Position numbers and translations under genes: made by a program. The notes below the pieces were generated by a model, which worked only from the letters and a program-made list of their open reading frames with translations, was not told the origin of the DNA and did not search any database. Positions 48,785-61,662 of a DNA stretch of 64,000 nucleotides are shown here, piece by piece; position 1 is the first letter of the stretch, and every line of letters begins with the position of its first letter. Source of the stretch: Hemiscyllium ocellatum (Eukaryota); NCBI RefSeq assembly GCF_020745735.1, contig NC_083435.1:13795201-13859200 (forward strand), read 5' to 3'.

Positions 48785-50128
48785 GCCAAAGCCATGAGGC
48801 CAGACACATGAGACAAAGCTGAAGACTTTGGAATTAGACCAAACTCTGGCCTCGGGGTAACCCATTGGTCATAAAAGCTGCCAGACAGATGGAACCCATC
48901 CCACCACGACCAAAAAAAAACCCAGCTCTCTGTTGGCCTTCAGCAACCGAACCATAACCACCCTTTCCCCATCTGACTTTGCCCTGGCAAAATGTGGCAG
49001 ACTTCCAAATTTACAGGGAAAGATTCGAGAGCTTCGTCAGGAAGCAAAACAGAATCAACCTTGGTGGGGGGGTCAGTTTTGTCCCCGAGGAACCGCTTAA
49101 GATGAGACTGAATCGAGATTCACAAATCATGAAGGGTGTGGACAGAAGCAGCAGGGAGAAAACTAGCTCCCACTAGTGGAGGGATTGAGAACCGAAGGCC
49201 AGAAGTTTAAAATCTTAGGCAACAAAAGCGATGACAAGATGAGGATAAATGTTTTCTTGCTACACGTGTTTAGGTTCTTGGATGCACCGCATGAGAGTGC
49301 GACGGAGCAAGTTTTCATCGAGGCTTTTGAGTCGCAAACAGATTACTATCCCAGAAGGAAGAATGTGCAGGGTTACAGGGAGAAGGGGAAGAAGAGTACC
49401 AAGCAACTTGACCTTTGAGATTGCATGTTCTTGATGGGCCAATTGGTCTCCTTCTGTTTTGGAACTGGAGATGTGACGCATTTTGATCAAGTGAAAAATA
49501 AGAAACCTTCCACTGACAGAACATCAACAGACACAAGATAATTAAACCGTAATTCAGGGTGGGCAACGATGAGAATTTTCCTCTGACATTGTGGGTTGTT
49601 GTAATCTGGAATGCACTGCCTTAATGGGGGGGGATGTGGAAGCAGGTCCAAATGTAACTTTCAAAAGGGAATCAGGTAAATAGTTAAAAAAAGGAATAAT
49701 TGGCAGGATGACAGAGAAAGTGAGGGTCAAGGGATTGGAAATAGATAGTGGCTCTTTCACAATGGTCCTTCCAGATATGAGGGGCTGAATGGCCACCTCG
49801 TGTATTGTCACATTCCAACATTCCCAAAATAGAGGATGAGCTAAATGGAGACTCCAAATTAGAAAGAAAAGGTGCAGATTTGGAATGGGAGATGGCAGTG
49901 GCAACATCCCAATATTTTCCAAGTCAACTTTCAGGCTGGTTGTGAGTGGAGTTGGAGAGATTCAGGGAAAAGCGAGAAGTGAATTTTTTTTTTCTGAAGT
50001 GGAAAGTTCTCTAAGCTTGAGGTTTGTTCTCTGGGAATATGGACGAGTAGCAGAACATCAGCTACAGGCAACTGAGTTCAAAATGCTTTCACTGCGTCCC
50101 AGGGTTAACTGAGAAATGTCGGACTTAC

Positions 50129-50170
50129 CAATGTCTCCCTGGTCATTGAGGTCAAACTCCATGTATTTCT
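50129..50170 (-). CDS. AIF1: AIF1 exon (42 nt): (Q)KYMEFDLNDQGDI
   Basis: Acceptor cattgcttttcag and donor gtaagt; EF-hand loop start matching KYMEFDLNGNGDI. Confidence 0.96.
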
Positions 50171-50989
50171 CTGAAAAGCAATGAAAGACCATTTACTCAG
50201 GATTACTGAAACTGAAATGAAAAATACTGATTTAGCCAGCCCAGACTCAGGTTGGAAGCTTGATTTTCAGTCTGCCTGATTTCACAGCAAATTTAAAACA
50301 TGGAAAAAGGCTATTGGTCTAAGTTGGTGTTTACATCCCATTGTCAATGCACTAGCACACACACATGCATAGGAAACCCACAAAGCTTTTGAACAGGGAA
50401 CTGGCCACTGGATTGTGACCTCCTGAGTGTCCACCACAGGGACATTTACAAATGAGATACAAAGAAGGCAGACATCAGTGTGGACAGCTCAGAGATAATT
50501 GCTGATGTCCATGAATTCTGGGGGCTGACCGTCATAGGGGCAATGGGAAACGAGCATCAACAGAAAGGTCAGCATGGCCAATGACAGGGTCTGGAGGAAA
50601 CAGAGGCCTGGAAAGCCTGCATCTTCTGAGTGCACTGTCTTCCTCTGCAGCAGATGTGGCTGAGACTGCACCAGGCTAGGAGTTGGGCTCCAGAACTGCA
50701 AATGACACAACAGCGGGCAACATGGCGCAAACCAGCATCTCCAACGGCTACTGAACTGAAGCCTTCTCAAACCTGGACTTTTCAATTACCCATTTTTCCC
50801 TCATGCACTAACCACAGTTCCACTTTGCTTTCCACAGACTTCAGCACAAATACAAAGCAGGTGCAAAACAACTGATTGAACCAAACTCTTAAAGCTGGAT
50901 GGAGGTGGAGCCTATTAAAGGAGGACAGACCAACGTGGAGCGGTTTAGATAAAGGAATTCCAGAGCTTGGGACCTGGGCAGGTGCGGGA

Positions 50990-51610
50990 AAGGTATATGG
51001 TGTGATGGTGTTTATTGGTAGGGGGATTGAGTTTCAGAGCTACACTGTCATGCTTCAGCTCTACAAGACACTGGTAAGGCCACACACTGTATTGCATGCA
51101 GTTCTGGTCACCGCATTATACAAAGGATGTGGAAGTCTTGGAAAGGGTTCAGACGGGATTCACTAGGATGTTGCCTGGTCTGGACGGAAGGTCTTACGAG
51201 GAAAGGCTGAGTGAACTGTGGCTGTTTTCATTGGAGAGAAGAAGGTTGAGAGGTGACTTAATCAAGATGTAGAAGGTAATCAGAGGGTTAGATAGGGTGT
51301 TCAGTGAGAGCTTTTTTCCTTGGATGGTGAAGGCTAACACGAAGGGACATAGCTTTAAATTGAGGGGTGATAGATTTAGGACAGATATTTGGGGTAGTTT
51401 CTTCACTCAGAGAGTAGTAGTGGCATGGAACGGCCTGCCTGCAACAGTAGTAGACTTGACGACTTTAAAGGCATTTAAATGGGCATTGGAAATACATACG
51501 GATAATAATGGAGCAGTGTAGGTTAGATGGGCATCAGATTAATTTCACAGGTTTGTGCAACATCGAGGGCCAAAGGGCCTGCACTGTGCCGTAACGTTCT
51601 ATGTTCTATG
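50990..51610 (+). mobile_element. CR1 3' fragment
   Basis: MLQLYKTLVRPH; FFTQRVVVAWNGLP; ttctatgttctatg tail. Confidence 0.9.
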
Positions 51611-51706
51611 AAATAGCTGTCAGTGGTTGAGTGATGAAAGTCAGAGGTAAACACTAGAGGAGTGTACGGGGTTGTGGGATCTCTGAAGGTTACTGAGGTA
51701 GGGAGT
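51593..51706 (+). repeat. 114-bp inverted repeat, left arm (partner at 55014-55127)
   Basis: Reverse complement of the partner with 5 mismatches by manual alignment. Confidence 0.9.
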
Positions 51707-52186
51707 GTGTCAAGCCCAGAGGTTTGAAATCAAGGATGATAACTTTAAATTCAGAGCTGGACCGGGGGCCAGATTCGATCTGAGAGCTTCAGGGTGAGGG
51801 GTGTGGGCAGCTGCAATGTCTGAATGATTATCTCAGGCCTTGTTGCGAACAGGATCCCCGGAACAGGAGCAGGCTTTTCAGCCTGTCAGGCCTGCCCCAC
51901 CTTTCAAAACGATTGTAATTCATCAGACACTTCGATGTCTTTTACTCGCCCCATCCCCATTACCCTGTAGTCCATGGTAACCAGAAATCTGTCAATCCCT
52001 ACCTTCAACACGCTCAAGGATTGGGTTTCCATGGCCCTTTTTTTGGGAGAGAATTCCAAAGATTTCACAACCTCTGAATTAAAAAAATTCTCCATCTCTC
52101 CGATCTAAGTGGCACTCCCCTTTATTTTTTTAATTGTGTTCCCGGTTGTAGGATAATCATCTTACCTATTCTGTGCATCCTTTAAA

Positions 52187-54800
52187 GTTGAGAAATGTGA
52201 TGCTGGAAAAACACAGCAGGCCAGGCAGCATCCGAGGAGCAGGAGAATCGACGCTTCAGGCATCAGCCCTTCTTCAGGAATGAGGCTGGTGTGCCAAGCG
52301 GGCTGAGATAAAAGGTGGGGGGAGGGAATTTGGGAAAGGGCGCTGGGAATACGATAGGTGGAAGGAGGTGAGGGTGATAGGCCGGAGAGGGGTTGGGGGC
52401 GGAGAGGTCAGGAAGAAGATTGCAGGTCAAGAGAGCGGTGCTGAATCCGGGGGTTGGGACTGAGAAAAGGTGGGGGGGAGGGGAAATGAGGAAGCTGGAG
52501 AAATCTACATTCATCCCGTGTGGTTGGAGGGTTCCTAGGCGGAAGATGAGGTGCTCTTCCTCCAGGCGTCGTGTGGTCAGGGTCTGGCGATGGAGGAGGC
52601 CAAGGACCTGCATGTCCTTGGCGGAGTGGGAGGGGGAGTTAAAGTGTTCAGCCACGGGACAGTTGGGTTGGTTGGTGCGGGTGTCCCAGAGGTGTTCCCT
52701 GAAACGTTCCACAAGTAGGCGGCCTATCTCCCCAATGTAGAGGATACCACATCGGGTGAAACGAATACAGTAAATTATATGTGTGGAGGTGCAGGTGAAT
52801 TTGCGATGGATATGGAACGATCCATTGGGGCTTTGGAGGGAGGTGGGGGGAGAGGTGTGGACGCAAGTTTTGTACTTCTTGTGGTTGCAGGGGAAGGTGC
52901 CGGGAGTGAAGGTTGGGTTGGCGGGGGGGTGTGGGCCTGATGAGGGAGTCGCGGAGGGAGTGGTCTCTCTGGAACACTGATAGGGTTGGGGAGGGGAATA
53001 TATCCCTGGTGGTGGGGTCTGTTTGGAGGTGGCGGAAATGATGGAGGCTGATACAATGAATCCGGAGGTTGGTGAGGTGGAAGGTGAGGACCAGTGGGGT
53101 TCTGTCTTGGTGGCGATTGGAAGGGTGGGGTTCAAGGGCGGAGATGCGGGAAGTCGAGGAGATGCGGTGAAGAGCATTGTCAACCACGTCGAAGGGGAAA
53201 TTGCGGTCTGTGAAGAAGGAGGCCATTTGGGTTGTTTGGTATTGGAATTGGTCCTCCTGGGAGCAGATGCGGCAGAGGCGAAGGAATTGGGAATATGGGA
53301 TGGCGTTTTTACAGGGGCCTGGGTGGGAGGAGGTGTAGTCCAGGTAGCTGTGGGAGTCGGTCGATTTGTAGTAAATGTCTGTGTTGAGTCGGTCGCCCGA
53401 GATAGAAATGGAAAGGTCTAGGAAGGGGAGGGAGGAGTCTGAGACAGTCTAGGTAAATTTGAGGTCGGAGTGGAAGGTGTTAGTAAAGTGGATGAACTGT
53501 TCAACCTTCTCGTAGGAGCAGAAGGAAGCGCCGATACAGTCACTGATATAGCAGAGGAAAAGGTGGGGGTGGTGCCAGTGTAGCTGCGGAAGATGGACTG
53601 TTCCATATATCCAACGAAGAGACAGGCATAGCTGGGGCCCATGCGGGTGCCCATGGCTACTCCTTTGGTTTGGAGGAAGTGGGAGGATTGGAAGCAGAAG
53701 TTGTTCAGGGTGAGGACCAGTTCAGTCAGTTGAATAAGGGTGTCAGTGGAAGGGTACTGGTTAGGTTGGCGGGAGAGGAAGAAGTGGAGGGCTTGGAGGC
53801 CTTCGTGATGGGGGATGGAGGTGTACAGGAACTGGATGCCCATCATGAAGATAAGGCATTGGGGACCGTGGAAACGAAAATCATGGAGGAGGTGGAGGGT
53901 GTGGGTGGTATCCCGAACGTAGGTGGGGAGTTCTTGGACTAAGGGGGACAGGATAGTGTGGAGGTATGCAGAGATGAGTTCGGTGGGGCAGGAGCAGGCT
54001 GAGACAATGGGTCGGCCGGGGCAGTCGGGTTTGTGGATTTTGGGCAAGAGGTAGAAATGGGCGTTGGGGGGTTGTGGGACTATGAGATTGGAGGCGGTGG
54101 ATGGGAGATCTCCTGAGGTGACGAGGTTATGGATGGTCTGGGAGATGATGGTTTGGTGGTGGGAGGTAGGGTCACGGTCTAGAGGGCAGTAGGAGGAGGT
54201 GTCCGTGAGTTGGCGTCTTGCTTCAGCAGTGTAAAGATTAGCGCGCTAAGCTACCAATGCGCCTCCCTTGTCTGCCGGTTTGATGGTGAGGTTGGGGTTG
54301 GAGCGGAGGGAGTGGAGGGCGGTGCGTTGTGGTGAGAGGTTGGAATGGGTGAGAGGGGTGGACAGGTTGAGGCGGTTGATGTCGCTGCAGCAGTTGGCTA
54401 TGAAGAGATCAAGGGCAGGTAAGAGACCAGCACGGGGTGTCAAGGTGGATGGGGTGTGTTGGAGGTGGGAGAAGGGGTGGTCGGAGGGGGGGGGGGGGGC
54501 GAGAGTCCTGGTTGAAGAAGTAGGCGCAGAGGCGAAGGTAGCAAAAGTAATGCTCGATGTCTCACCGCGTGTCGAACTCACTGATCTGGGAGCGTAGGGG
54601 GATGAAGGTGAGGCCTCTGCTGAGAACTGAGCATTCATCCTCAGAGAGGGGGAGATCTGGAGGGATGGTGAAATACAGCAGGGCTGGGAGCTGGGATCTA
54701 GGACCTGGTCTGGGGCTAGAGCTGGGAGTGGGGGCAGAGTTAGTCATGGGGGAGGAGTTGGTCGTGGGGGCGGAGTTGAGTCGTGGGGGCAGAGTTGGTC
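52187..54800 (-). mobile_element. Penelope-like element (RT + GIY-YIG endonuclease, probably Neptune-like), 5'-truncated and frameshifted
   Basis: 53418..54047 (PKIHKPDCPGRPIVS, LYTSIP, FLQTKGVAMGTRMGPSYACLF) and 52263..53183 (GTFPC..K.KTC linker; IYCIRFTRCGILYIGEIGR.L.ERFREH). A family A terminus with a decayed hammerhead lies at about 52245-52281. Confidence 0.95.
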
Positions 54801-55013
54801 AGTGAGTTAAGTATCTGGTAATTTTAATGAGATCATCTCTCATTCTTTGAAACTATGGAGAATACATGGCCAGGTTGCTTGGTCACTTTACATACGACAT
54901 GGGATGGGTGAGTCCAAGCTGACATGGAAATGGCCATCAGGCTTCACCTGAACTCTCTGGGCAGAAAACCACTAAACCCCGACCACCACCAACATCCCCC
55001 CCTCCCTGACTGA

Positions 55014-55127
55014 ACTCCCTACCTTAGTAACCTTCAGAGGTCCCACAACCCCGTACACTCCTCTAGTGTTTGCCTCTGACTTTCATCACTCTACCACTGA
55101 CAGCTATTTCTTAGAACATAGAACGTT
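55014..55127 (-). repeat. 114-bp inverted repeat, right arm
   Basis: actccctaccttagtaaccttcagagg...cagctatttcttagaacatagaacgtt. Confidence 0.9.
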
Positions 55128-55206
55128 CTCTGTCTTCCCTGAGTTTAGTACCTCACATCAACAATCCACATGCAGCAAATGCGACAGCAATGAACAGAAA
55201 AATTAC

Positions 55207-55273
55207 GTTTGAAAGCTGTGAGCTTCTCGTCCAGGTCTTTATCAGTGTTGTACTTTGGATTATTCAGGAACTC
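55207..55273 (-). CDS. AIF1: AIF1 exon (67 nt): EFLNNPKYNTDKDLDEKLTAFK
   Basis: Acceptor tctttctctttcgtag and donor gtaatt; matches [22 protein letters not shown]. Confidence 0.95.
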
Positions 55274-56099
55274 CTACGAAAGAGAAAGACCTCAGTCATC
55301 ATTGGAATCAGAGTTCGGAAAGGCCAAGAGAAGATACAATTATTGAACAAGTGTTACTTCTGTTATTACATGACTTTTGTGCCCCGCTCCATCATCTAAT
55401 CTCCTTCATTCTAATTCACAATGTCTTGTGTGATTAGAGGTGGGAGCTGGCATATTGCACTTCAAACACATTGTCTCAATTTGCATTCATGTAGCATCTT
55501 TCATGTAGTGAAATGTTCCAGGGTGCTTTAGTGACGTGATTATCCCATAACATTTGATCAAAGCTGCTGAAATGATAGCAGTTTCTAAGGTTGGTGCGCA
55601 TTATTGACATTATATACCTCTACAGTCATAGGATGCCTGCATGCATACATTTACAGCTTCTGTGGTGTCTCTTTACTTTGCTCCAGCCACACCTAAGCAA
55701 TCAAGCACATTGAACACAGATCAGTTACCAGACTCAGATAGTCAAAAAGGGAACAATTGAAAAAGGACACGCTGCAGTTAACTGATGAAATACAGCTTGT
55801 TTTGTACCACCACCTAGGTCAAATTCATACCCACCTGACTCCTTGCACTGACTCTTTCTTGACCTCATTCTGTACAATCATCTCCAAACTGCGAACCTCG
55901 TCACCACTCTGTCTTGGTTCTTGCCTACAATCCACAAGTTTTTGAAACTGCTGCCTAAATCCATCTCACTGCAAACCTCTTGACCTGTTTTACCTTCACA
56001 GCATTGCACCATTCTCCATCGTCCTGTAACCTCATCCGGCTCCTAAAACCCTGCAGGACGTCCATGTTCCAAGCTTCTGGGCCTCTACCAATTTACATT

Positions 56100-56440
56100 T
56101 GGGGTGGCACAGTGGGTCAGTGGTTAGTACTGCTGCCTCACAGTGAAAGGGACCCAGGTTCAATTCCACCTTCGGGCAACTGTTTGTGTGGAGTTTGCAC
56201 ATTCTCCCCGCGTCTGCGTGTATGCCCTTTGGGTGCTTCAGTTTCCTCCTACAGTCCAAAGATGTTTAGGTTAGGTGAATTAACCATGCTAAGATTGCCC
56301 TGCAGTGTCTGGGGATGTACAGGCTCGGTTAGCCATGGTAAATGCAGGGTTACAGTGATGGGGTAGGTCTGGGTGGGGTTTCTTTGGAAGGTTGGTGTGG
56401 CCTCGATGAGCTGAATGGCCATATGCACCATAGGGATTCT
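56100..56440 (+). mobile_element. HE1-type SINE
   Basis: ggggtggcacagtgggtcagtggttagtactgctgcctcacag...gtttgtgtggagtttgcacattctcccc. Confidence 0.85.
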
Positions 56441-56481
56441 ATGACGAAATGTTGCTCCACTGCCTGTCAGAAGTGTATTAG

Positions 56482-56697
56482 AGTCATAGAGTCATAGAGA
56501 TGTACAGCATGGAAGCAGACCCTTTGGTCCAACCTGTCCATGCCAACCAGATATCCCAACCCAATCTAGTCCCATCTGCCAGTACCCGGCCCATATCCCT
56601 CCAAACCCTTCCTATTCATAAACCCATTCAAATGCCTCTTAAATGTTGCAATTGTACCAACCTCCACCACTTCCTCTGGCAGCTCATTCCAGCATTC
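56482..56697 (-). mobile_element. CR1 3' end
   Basis: WNELPEEVVEVGTIATFKRHL; (CTATGACT)n tail. Confidence 0.9.
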
Positions 56698-57015
56698 ATC
56701 AGTCCTGGGCCCTAAGCTATAGAATTCCCTCAATAAACCTCTCCATCCCTCCATTAAGATGTTCTGTTCATCTTACCTCTTTGATTAAATGTTTGAGTTG
56801 CCTGTCCTAATTTTTTATTGTGTCTCCATATCAACAGTCGCCCATGCGAAGTACTTTGAGATTTTTAATTACAAGGGCATTATATGACTACACATTTTTA
56901 TGGTACTTTGTAGAACCATGTTGATGTTTTGTTTCATAGCCCACTTCAGAGTTTAAAATTTCTCCTGTCTGAAAGGGCTACCATTACCCTCTCTTGTCAT
57001 TAACACAACCATTCA

Positions 57016-57018
<3 letters not shown>

Positions 57019-57048
<30 letters not shown>
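57019..57048. repeat. (CT)n microsatellite
   Basis: ctctctct run. Confidence 0.9.
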
Positions 57049-57052
<4 letters not shown>

Positions 57053-57840
57053 GTACTATAAGCAATTACTTTCTGCTGCGCTTTCAAGTTTCAATTCCCC
57101 TCTCTTTGTTGAGATTGACTGGCCACACACTCCCACATTTAGCAGCACACACAATGGGACAGTTGGATCCACCACATTTACCGCACAGGAAATGTTACTC
57201 ATAGCCCCCTGCTCCACAGCACAGCAGGGAATACGTCTCTTGGCTGGTCTCAGTTAATGTGTAGTGACAACATACCACACAGTGGACCAGATTTAGAACA
57301 TTTCAGTTGCAGGAGCTGCAAACTCTAACTGGCCAATTTTGTCAACCCTTCAGGCCAGCCCTGTCGCAATCCCCTCGACCAAGCAATGCAAAGAGGAAGA
57401 GCTGGGGTTGAATTCGGTCGGCTGGAAATAGCAGATATAGGGAGGCACGTGTGTTACTTCCTCAGATTAAACAAATAACTAGCATTAATTAATCTGGACA
57501 GCAGGAGCAACTCTTTATGCTGGCTATTGGACTCCTCAACTGTGCCAACCAAGCTCAGCTGATGCCTGAAATGTTGCGGAACCTTTCTCACCCTCTGAAC
57601 TTCCAAAGTGCTTCACAACCGATGCTCCATTTTGTAGGCCATGTGACGCAGATGTTTTGTGTGCAGGAAGAGTTCACAAATAGCACTGAGAAGTTAGCGC
57701 AGTTCTATCTGCATTTTCTATCCCTTTAAGTGACGTGGATCAGGGAAACTATATTTCGACCAGATCGCGTAGAAAGACCACCTACCTTGCTCAAATAAGA
57801 GCAGTGTGGCATTTCATCTCACCAGAGAGACCAGACACAG

Positions 57841-59153
57841 TTTGACAGATTAGCTGCATGGCAACACCAAAGCCCTCTTATTGTAAAAAGTAAAAATAAG
57901 GAAGTTATGTTTCTCCTTTAAAGGGCATTGATGAGAGAACATGTTGAACACTATGTGTCAATTTTGGTCTCTTAAATAAGGATGTAAATGCATTTGAGGC
58001 TGTTTGGAAGAGGTTTATTAGATCAATATCTTGAATGAATGAGTTGCCTTCTGAGGATAGGTTGGACAGGTTGGGTTTATTTCCACTGGAGTTTAGGGGA
58101 GTGAGGGGTGACCCGACTGGAGTGTACAAGATTCTGAATGGCCTTGACAAGGTGAACATGGGAGAGTGCAGAACCAGAGGGCACTGTTCCCCAGGTTCAA
58201 GTCCCACCTGCTCTGGAGGTGCGTAATAACATCGCAGAACAGGTTGATCAGGTTAAGAATTTGGGACAAAGAGGAAGAGATTTTTTTTTCTCTCTCAGAG
58301 AATTGTGCGACTTCAAGCCTTCTTCTTCAAGAGGCAGTGTCATTGAATATTTTAAAGGCAAACATCATAACATTCTTGTTAAGAAGGGCCAATCGAAGTT
58401 TATCCTGACGGTGTGGACCAGACAGAAATGTAAAATTTAAACTGCAAACATATCAGCCATGATCTTTTTTTCAGTAGCAGAGCAAGCTCGAGGGGCTGAA
58501 TGGTCTGTATCTGCTCCTAATTTGTATGAAAAGGAGGAGGTGACCTGGGTCATGTGGCAAAGGCTCAGAGGGATTTCACAACCTCTGCCGAGGTCGTATG
58601 GGAGCCTTGCAGGTGGAGAGAGGGGTCTTGAAGGTAGGCTCCTTTCCAGTGACTGTCCACCCACCCTTGCTGCAATTCTACTAAGGACTGGGAAGCCATG
58701 GGTGAGCCCACTCATGCCTGGACCAATTTATCCTGTAAGTTACCTAGAAAAGCTGATACTAAATGGAACCGTATAGAAGCGGCTTGACTCTGTATCTAAA
58801 CTCATGCTTTCCCTGCCCTAGGAGTGTTTGATGGGGACAATATAGAGGAAGCTTTACTCTATATCTTAACCCATGTTTTACCTATATTGGGAGTGTTTGA
58901 TAGGAAAGTGTAAACACAGTATAACTCTGTCTGATCTACGTTTGACAGATTAGCTGCAAGGCAACACCAAATTCCTCTTACTGTAAAAAGTAACATAAGG
59001 AAGTTACATTTCTCCTTTGAAGGATGTTGGTGAGACAATGTCTTGTATTAATTTTGGTTTCTTAAATAAGGATGTAAATGCATCACAGGCTATTTCGAAG
59101 AGGTTTATTACATCAATATCTGGAATGAGTGAGTTGTCTTCTGCGGATAGGTG
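57841..59153 (+). repeat. Local direct duplication of an old CR1 fragment (about 57841-58065 and 58942-59153)
   Basis: Both copies start tttgacagattagctgca.ggcaacaccaaa and remain colinear to ...cttctg.ggatagg. Confidence 0.85.
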
Positions 59154-59317
59154 CTAGAGCTGCTTTGTGCTAATAATTGGTGCCTGGTATGGAAGCGTTT
59201 TCACTAGTCAAGATTAATAACAGTTGCTTCCAGGAATTCAAACGTAGAGAAATCTGTTTTTTCTGATCCTAGCCCTGTCTTTTTATGCATCTTCCCCTTG
59301 CTTGCCTTTTTCAGTAC

Positions 59318-59379
59318 CTTATTGATTGATTCCAGACGGTCATCCTGTTGTGCTTTCAGAATTCCGAAGGCTTTACCAC
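59318..59379 (-). CDS. AIF1: AIF1 exon (62 nt): (G)GKAFGILKAQQDDRLESINK
   Basis: Acceptor tcaatatttcag and donor AAG|gtactg; matches GGKAFGLLKAQQEERLDEINK. Confidence 0.96.
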
Positions 59380-59499
59380 CTGAAATATTGAAAAATGAAA
59401 GCTCTCAGTCAAGTAAGTAGCAGTAGGGAATCGTTGCACGATATCTCAACCTGTGTTGTACCTGCTGTTGGAGCGTTTGATGGGACAACATAAAAACAC

Positions 59500-60700
59500 A
59501 GGAACGTAAGAGCAAGAGTAAGCCATTCAGTCCCTCAAGCCTGTTCCAGTATTCTAGATCATGGCTGTCCCCAAATCCCTTGAATTATTACTAACTAGAA
59601 AATTATTGCTCTCTGCTTTGAAACTACTGAACTATAAAGTTTCCAAAGCCCTCTGGAGTAGAGAATTTCAAAGATTTACCACCCTCTGAGTGGAGAAATC
59701 CGTACTCATCTCAACTCTAAGTGGCCGGTCCTTTACTCTGAGACTGTGTCCCCTGAATTTTATACAGCAAGAGGAAACATTCTTTCAACACCCACTCTGT
59801 CTATCCCTTTAAGAATTATGTTTCTTTGAGATCGTCTCTCATTTTTATTTCCTAAACTGCAGGACTGGTCTCTTCGATCTCTCCTCATAGGACAACCCCA
59901 TTGTTTGCAGAAGCAGTTTGGTGAACCTTTGTTACACTCCCTTGAGTGTTACACAAGTACATCCTTCCTTAGGCAAAGGGACTAGAACAGAATACAGTTT
60001 TCCAGTGTGCTTTAATCAGTGTTCTATATAACTGAGAAGGAACTTCTTTCCCTCTGTACTCAAATCCTCTCGCAAATAATGTTAACATTCCTCTTGCCTT
60101 CCGAATGGCTTGCTGCGCGTACATGCTAGTTTTTCGAAAACAAGGACACCCAAGTCCCCTTCTACATCATCACTGCCCAGTTTCTCAACATTTCAGAAAT
60201 ATTCTGCCCCTCTTTTCCTCCACCCGACTGAATAACCTCACACTTCTTCACATTTTATTCAATCTGCCATGCTCTTGCCCACTTACTTTCTACATCCCCT
60301 TCAAGCCTCATTAAATCCTCCTTACAATTCATATTGTTTTGTACCATCTCCAAACTTAGAAATATGCCAATAGATGCCCACATTCAAATCATTAATATAT
60401 AATTCTGCACAGCTGGACCACAAATACTGATCCTCATTGCAGTACCTCATTGGTTACTGGTCATTTGTATATCATGCCCATTCCTATGCACATTAATTTT
60501 GTTCACTAACCTCCTTTTAGCAACTTCATTGAAAGCCTTCTTAAAATCCAAATGTACCACATACACTTGTGTCCCCAGTATTGACTCTGTAAGTAACATC
60601 CTCAAAAACCTCCAGCAGGTTTGTAAAATATGATTTCACCTTCATAAATCCAATGTTGTCTCTCTCCAATTGGACAATGATTTTTTTTAAGTATCCAGTA
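59500..60700 (-). mobile_element. Old CR1 fragment
   Basis: gagtagagaatttcaaagatttaccaccctctgagtggag...; ttgaaagccttcttaaaatccaaatg (reverse of the DF.KAF motif). Confidence 0.75.
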
Positions 60701-61662
60701 ATCACATCTGTTATATAATAGATTGTACCGTTTTCACTACAATTGGCGTTGGGCTAACAGTTCTGTCATTTCCTGCTTTCTCTTTCCTTCTTTTCCAATA
60801 AAATGGGATCTATATTGGACGTAGGGAATGTTTCAACTTTCAGTTCCATTAGTTGTTCCAATACCACTTTTTAACTGTATCTAATTCCCTGTTGTATATG
60901 CCTTGGGAGTGAGGTCTGTAAGATGTTAAAGGGGTTTGGCAAAGTAGCCGCAGAAAGGATGTTTCCTCTTGTGGAACAATCTAGAATGGAAAGTTATAGT
61001 CTTAGGATAAAGGACAGCAAATTTAAAACAGAGTTGAGGAGAAAATTATTTTCTCAAAGGTCATGAACCTCTAGAATTCACTAACCTAGAGTGTAGTGGA
61101 TATCAGGACATGGAGTGAATTTAAGGAGGAGATGCACAAATGTTTGAGTATTAATGGATTGAAGGATTATGGAGAGCGGACAGCTGAGACCAAGATGGAT
61201 TCAACCATGATCCTACTGAATGACAGAGTAGGCTGAAGGAGCTGAATTGCTTACTCCTGCTCCTAGTTCTTATATTCTTATGCTTCATGGGACAATATAG
61301 AGAGAGCTTTATTCTGTCTCTTACTCTGTGCTGTCCCTGGCCTGGGGTGTTTGATGGTGACAGTGCAGAGGAAGCTTACTCTATATCAAGCCCTGCCCAG
61401 GGAGTGTTTGATGGGGACAATGGGGATGGATTGCCTGATCGATGGGCACCTCCGGAGGAGTAGACCGGTTAGAAGTGCCTTCTCGTGGGTCTGCTTCTGG
61501 TTTTTGCAGCGGGCTGTGGCTATTCCTGATTGTCTGCCCCTCTTTCACGGTTACATCCATGCTCAGGTGTCCCTGGAAAGGGAGCATGTGATCCTCCTCG
61601 GCACAATAAAGGCCTAGTGGGCTGAGGTCTATCATAAGCCTGAACAACATGATTGAAGTTAA

